Positions 58,480 to 64,000 of a DNA stretch of 64,000 nucleotides are shown piece after piece; positions within the stretch are counted from its first letter, which is position 1; the number at the start of each line of letters is the position of its first letter. The stretch is from the human T2T-CHM13v2.0 reference genome, Homo sapiens. The position numbers and the translations under genes were made by a program. Location of the stretch: NCBI RefSeq assembly GCF_009914755.1, contig NC_060934.1; one strand, written 5' to 3'. The notes below the pieces were generated by a model that saw only the letters and a list, made by a program, of their open reading frames with translations, did no database searches and had not been told where the DNA came from.

Positions 58480-58582
58480 TGAGGTTGGATGGGTTGTGCA
58501 CTACACAGCTCCATGGGCGCCATGCAGCTATACTCTATGTGAATACCTCCTCCCACGTGGAAGTGTTCAGTACACAACCAGC
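58480..58582. mobile_element. MER91-like palindromic hAT MITE
   Basis: ggttgtgcactacacagctccatgggcgccat ... gtgttcagtacacaacc inverted arms. Confidence 0.65.
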
Positions 58583-59147
58583 ATGGTGGTAGATAGTAAC
58601 CCTGGCCAGAAGCTTAATCAATGGAGGATTTTAAGCCATGAAAATAGAGAGGTAGTCATTGACATCGCTTAATGATCATAAACTGTTTTAAATTCATAAA
58701 TGAATGCTTTGTTTGGATTTTCTATTTCCAATTTCAACTAACTTTGCTGTGTGCTCCTGAGAGCAAGTGGTTTTGATAGAAACAGACTGCCACATAGAAA
58801 ATTCATACACTTTGGTTCCCTGGGAAACCAGGCCAAGAATAGTTTTCTTTGCACATCCTGGTTTCCTCTAATGAGGGCCAGTATAAGAATGTGAGTGTCA
58901 ACAGTGTAACCCATAAATCCCAAGGAATCATTATTTTATGAAACTTTTAATGAACCCTACAGATACTCAGATTAGAAAGCACTTCAGATATTTGCCTCAA
59001 TTGAATAATTTCTGAGGTCTTTCCTCTCTCTCTGTGTGTATCCCATATGATTATTTATATGTATCCGACAAAAAAAAAAAAGCTTGAATGACAAATGGTA
59101 TAGAGGCTTTGGGCAGCTACCAGGGATTTAAAAAAAAAGTTTTCTTG

Positions 59148-59272
59148 AGCTAGATGTGATTGTGTGTGCCTGTAATCCCAGCTGGTCAGGAGGCTGAGGC
59201 AGGAGGATTGCTGGAGTCCAGGAGTTCGGCACTGGCCTGGGCAATATAACAAGACCCTGCCTCAAAAAAAAA
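59148..59272 (+). mobile_element. FLAM_A-like Alu monomer
   Basis: Single arm with A tail; TSD aaaaaaaagttt. Confidence 0.85.
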
Positions 59273-61554
59273 GTTTCGTAAGATATGGAGACTGAAGACT
59301 ATCTAGTTAAAGCAAATTTTTTAAATGCTTAACAAAACAAGTTAATTGTTTCTATACTGCCTGTAATTGGCATTACAAGGCCTGCAGCATTCAATTCCCT
59401 TGTTTGAAAGCCTTTCACTGTATTTATATATTATTTATTCATTTGTTTACATTTTTTTCACAGATGACAAGCACTGCTTGGATAGTGAGCATTTGTTTAT
59501 TATTCAGTAAGAATAGTTTTCAAAGAAAAATTTTCAAATGTAATACATAGTAAGTTGCAGTTTTCTTCGTGAACTTTGGAGAATGCATTGTGCTTACTAA
59601 AACTTTTCTATATATTATGAATCTCATTTTAATATGTCTTTCATACATTGTCTTACTTTAAGAGGATATATATTTGCAAAGTGTGTATGAGCCACAGATA
59701 TTTGTTGAGGGGTCCATATGCATGGGCAGTGGGAAGATGGGATTTGGTGCCCAGAGATTCCCCATTCAGGACCTTGGCTATTCTGTAGAGTAAAGTAACT
59801 TGCATTACACACATAATTTATGTTTGTGATTAAAAATGCAGGTTCTGTTATAATATAAAAGCATTATGGGAAAGCTAAGGCATATTATAATTCGCTACCT
59901 ACAATGCGAACAATTTCCAGCATAGTAATAGTAGCACTTATGTCTGGCTAGAGCTGGACACAGAGCAATTCAGCATTATCTGTGTAACTGCTTATTGACC
60001 ATATTGCTTTCATGTTTTTTTTTTTTTTTTTTTTTTTGCCCCAGAGCTGCTGGATTTAAATACTATAGAAAGGCAGATTGTGTAAGCCAAATAATGTTCA
60101 GCCTGGGAAAGTAAGAACAAAGCATAAGCTGTTCCTAGGCCATTGTGGCCATAGGCCACAATGTAAAAGAATTTTGTCAGAATTCTAATGCTACTGGAGG
60201 AAAGGGGCAAAGATGCATAGATAACATAAAATATTAAAGGTGAGGACTTCTGATATTTAAAGACAGTGATAGCCAGTTAGGTCCATGTTTCCCAAAGTTT
60301 GTTTCCTCCAAAACCAATAGAGAACAACAAGAAAAGAAAAATAAAGTTACAAAAAACTCAATTTGCAGAACTTCAATACAGCGAATTCCCAAACTTTAAT
60401 CAGATAGTAAGTAAAACAGAAAAAATTACCAAATCCCAGTGAATGATCTTACTGTCCTTACCACCCTTTCCCTTCCCCAAGACTTTGTGGCAAGCAAAGG
60501 TAGATTCAGAAAAACTGTGAGGAATGGAGAAAGAATCAAATAAACAGGTATAAACTTGTCCTAAAAACCACTGTCAGAAAGATTAAGTACAATCTAATTC
60601 TGAAAATACAAAAAAAGTGTTCTGATATATCAGAACATAAACCATAGGGAAGACACTTAAAATGCATGCAATGTTTGAAATTTGTAGCTTCTGAGGGGGA
60701 AAAATGCAAAAATGAATGCAAGTAAATACAACTTTTTTTAATCAGTTAGGTGATAAATGGTAAAAGGAAAAAAAAAGATGAATATTTCAGGGTCCTACGA
60801 AACAAGAGGGCCCAAAAGCCCCAAAGAACATACAATCGCATCCCCACCATCAAATCAAAAGAACAGAAATCAGCTAGTGTCTGCATTTAGTTATGATGAC
60901 AGAAGAGGGTGCCATAAAACTAGTCATTTTAGAAAATACCCCAATAGCACAAAAATGAAGAGAAAAAATATGAACAGATTCATACAGTTTTTATTTTAAA
61001 ATCAGAAAATGAGATTCAACACAACAGAGGAAAATGCCCTCTCCACATAAACAACCACAAATGAAAAAAAAAATGGCGAAAACAAAACTAAATGAAAAAC
61101 AAACCACAAACTGAATTGAATATATCACAAGCATTTGAGAATATGAAAAACTACCATGAATCAGAAATTAAAATCCTAGCACAGAAATGAATACAATAAG
61201 AAATAAATGAAGAGTTGTTTGAACTTAAGGAAACAAGGGAAGACAATGGCAAAATTATATCAGTAATAAATTATAATATCCAATGTTTTCAAGAGGGAAT
61301 ATAATAAAAATAAAATAGAAGGCATGGAAGAAAGCATAAAGTAATCAAGAAAATGAATATGAGCGAACAAAAATGTAAGAAGGATCAGAGAGAAAATAGA
61401 GGAAGTGAAAGATAGCCTAAGAAAGAAAAACATTCCTTCTCTGAAAAGGAAAAACAAAATAATGGGACAGTACTAATATTTAAAACTATAACCCGGGAAA
61501 ACTTTCTAACACTACTACCAGTCCCAAAGGTAAATATTAAAAAGGCTGCCTGAG

Positions 61555-61862
<308 letters not shown>

Positions 61863-62079
61863 AAAAGGCTGCTTGGGTATTTGGAAAAATTTACCCAAAA
61901 TGATGAACTCAAAGACATACTCTTGTAAAAATTTTGATTAAAAAAAAATCTTCAAAGCCCCAGGCCAAAAGATAAACTATCATATAGAGGTACAAAAATT
62001 AGAGTGGTATCTGGCTTTATAAATATTATATATATCATATATATAAAATGTATAATAAAGATGGAAGTAACTGGCAGAG

Positions 62080-62425
62080 TACCATAGACTGTTTGTGTCT
62101 TCTTAAAATTCCATATGTTGAAATACTAACCTTCAGTGTGATGGTATTAGGTGCCTTTAGGAGGTAGATTGTGAGGGTGGAGCTCTCATGAATGGGATTA
62201 GTGCCCTTATAAAAGAGAACCCAGAGAGCTCCTTCACGCTTTCTGCCATGTGAGGACAGAGAACAGCTATCTATAAACCAGGAAGCAGTTCCTCACCAGA
62301 CATTGAATCTGCTAGCATTTTGATCTTAAACGTCTTAGAATCTAGGACTATGAGCAAAAAATATTTGTTGTTTAATCCATCCAGACTATGGTAATTTGTT
62401 ATAGCAGCCCAAATGGGCTAAGAGA
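62080..62425 (+). mobile_element. MLT1A0-like solo LTR
   Basis: catatgttgaaat, ctcatgaatgggattagtgcccttataaaaga, ttgttatagcagcccaaatgggctaaga. Confidence 0.88.
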
Positions 62426-63138
62426 AAGACTAATGTACAAATGTTTTATTTTTTAGAAAATTTGTGACATTTACTCATATACAATGTCACAAAAATAGTA
62501 AGTTCCATAAATAGCAATATTATAAACAATAATCTCATATTACAATGAAATAAAATTCTAAATTATTAACAAAACAAAATACAAAGTCTCTTGCATCTGG
62601 AAATTTCAATTAATAAATGTTTGGTTGAAGTGAAAATATAAGCTGAAATTACAAAATTTCTTTAAAAAATGAAAAAATATGACATATCAGAAATATGATT
62701 GAAGTAGTGGTATGAGAAAAATACATTTCATTAAATAATTTTTTCAGTAAAAATAAAATATGAAAATGAATGATTTAATTATTCAGCTAAAAAATTGAGG
62801 AAAGAAATAACAAAGTTACTAAAAGCTTAAGAAAAGCAGAATTTAGTGAGATAAAGAAAAGAAAAAAGTGATAGACCTAATTAACAAGTCAAAAATCTGT
62901 TTTGTAATTAGCAAAATGGATAAATTGCTAAATGACTTGACCAAGAAAAATGAAGAATGAAAAATTATACAAAGGAGAGATGACAAGGGAGAAACAGACA
63001 TTGAAACAAAAGAAAGGTTTTTTTTTTTTTAAATTGTTATATGCTTCTTTGAAGGCTTGAATGAAAATAAATTTGAAAATCTTAATGAGATTGATTATTT
63101 TCTAAAACAGTGCAGATTATTAAAGTTGACCCCATTGA

Positions 63139-63223
63139 CCTGGAACTCCTGGCCTTGAGCAATCCTCCCACCTTGGCCTCTTAAAGCCTCTTAAAGGACT
63201 ACACGCATGAGCCAGCTGTGAGC
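63139..63223 (-). mobile_element. Tailless Alu left-arm fragment
   Basis: gaactcctggccttgagcaatcctcccaccttggcctc..catgagcca; flanked by c(c/t)attga. Confidence 0.7.
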
Positions 63224-63672
63224 CTATTGAAATCAAAGCTCAAATAGTCTAATTTCCATAGAAGTAAGGATAATTATTAAAACCCTGCCACTCTCCCCTC
63301 AATTAAAAAGTACTAGACCAGGTAGGATTTAAAGAAGAATTCTATAAATCTATCAAAGACAAAATGGCCTCAATACACTATACATTGTTCCAGATCACTG
63401 AAAATGGATGAAAACTTATTTCCTTTTATGGACAAATGTAAGTAACATTGATATTTAAGCTGATAAGAACAGTACAAAAAGTAAACCAGTATCAATTCTG
63501 AATATCAATATAAACATATGATAACCTTAAGAAATGGAGTCCAGTGCCACATTAAGAAAATAATACATCGCAGACAAGTGTTTTTCATTCCAGAAATACA
63601 AACGTGGTTAAATATTAGGCAACCTATTAAGAGCATATACTATATTAATACATCTAAAAATCATATGATTAT

Positions 63673-64000
63673 TGTTATGGTCTGAATATTTGTGTTCCCT
63701 CCAGAATCATATGTTGAAATCCTATAACCGAAGACAATGATATTAGGAGGTGGGGCTTTGGGGAGGTTATTAGATCATGAGAACAAAGTCCTCATGAATG
63801 GGATTGGTGCCTTATGAAATAGGCCTAAGGTAGCTGGTTTGCCTCTTCCACCATATAATGGTACAGCTAGAAGGAGCTATCTATGAATAAGAAATCAAGA
63901 TCTCACTAGACACCAAATCTGCCAGGATCTTGGTCTTGGACTTTCCAGCTTCCAGCTCTATTAGAAAATTTCTGTTGTTTATAAGCCACTCAGTTTATTG
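63673..64000 (+). mobile_element. MLT1A-like solo LTR, truncated by window end
   Basis: tgttatggtctgaatatttgtgttccc start; ttggactttccagc..tgttgtttataagccac. Confidence 0.88.

Overview
Primate (most likely human or ape) AT-rich genomic DNA, intronic or intergenic, dominated by interspersed repeats. It holds about 19 Alu/FLAM copies, many old L1 fragments plus a 5'-truncated L1PB, L2/MIR relics, DNA-transposon relics (Tigger4, MADE2, MER5, MER91, hAT), solo LTRs (MLT1, MLT2A2-like, LTR41-like, MER39, MER50, MER67-like, MST) and a two-LTR MSTA provirus. I can support no protein-coding gene, RNA gene or CRISPR array: the supplied ORFs are repeat-derived or chance. I did not find a convincing new multi-gene system. 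The most unusual signals are: (i) a 32-bp hairpin-forming VNTR born inside a decayed ERV-L pol (RT/RNase H) reading frame; (ii) two local inverted templated duplications, one about 150 bp at about 92% identity; (iii) a perfect 77-bp tandem duplication; (iv) a probable short L1 3' transduction; (v) overlapping RFX X-boxes; (vi) a recursive-splice-site-like AG|GTGAG and several candidate small exons. Repeat subfamily names come from recalled consensus sequences, not a database search, and boundaries of old elements are approximate.
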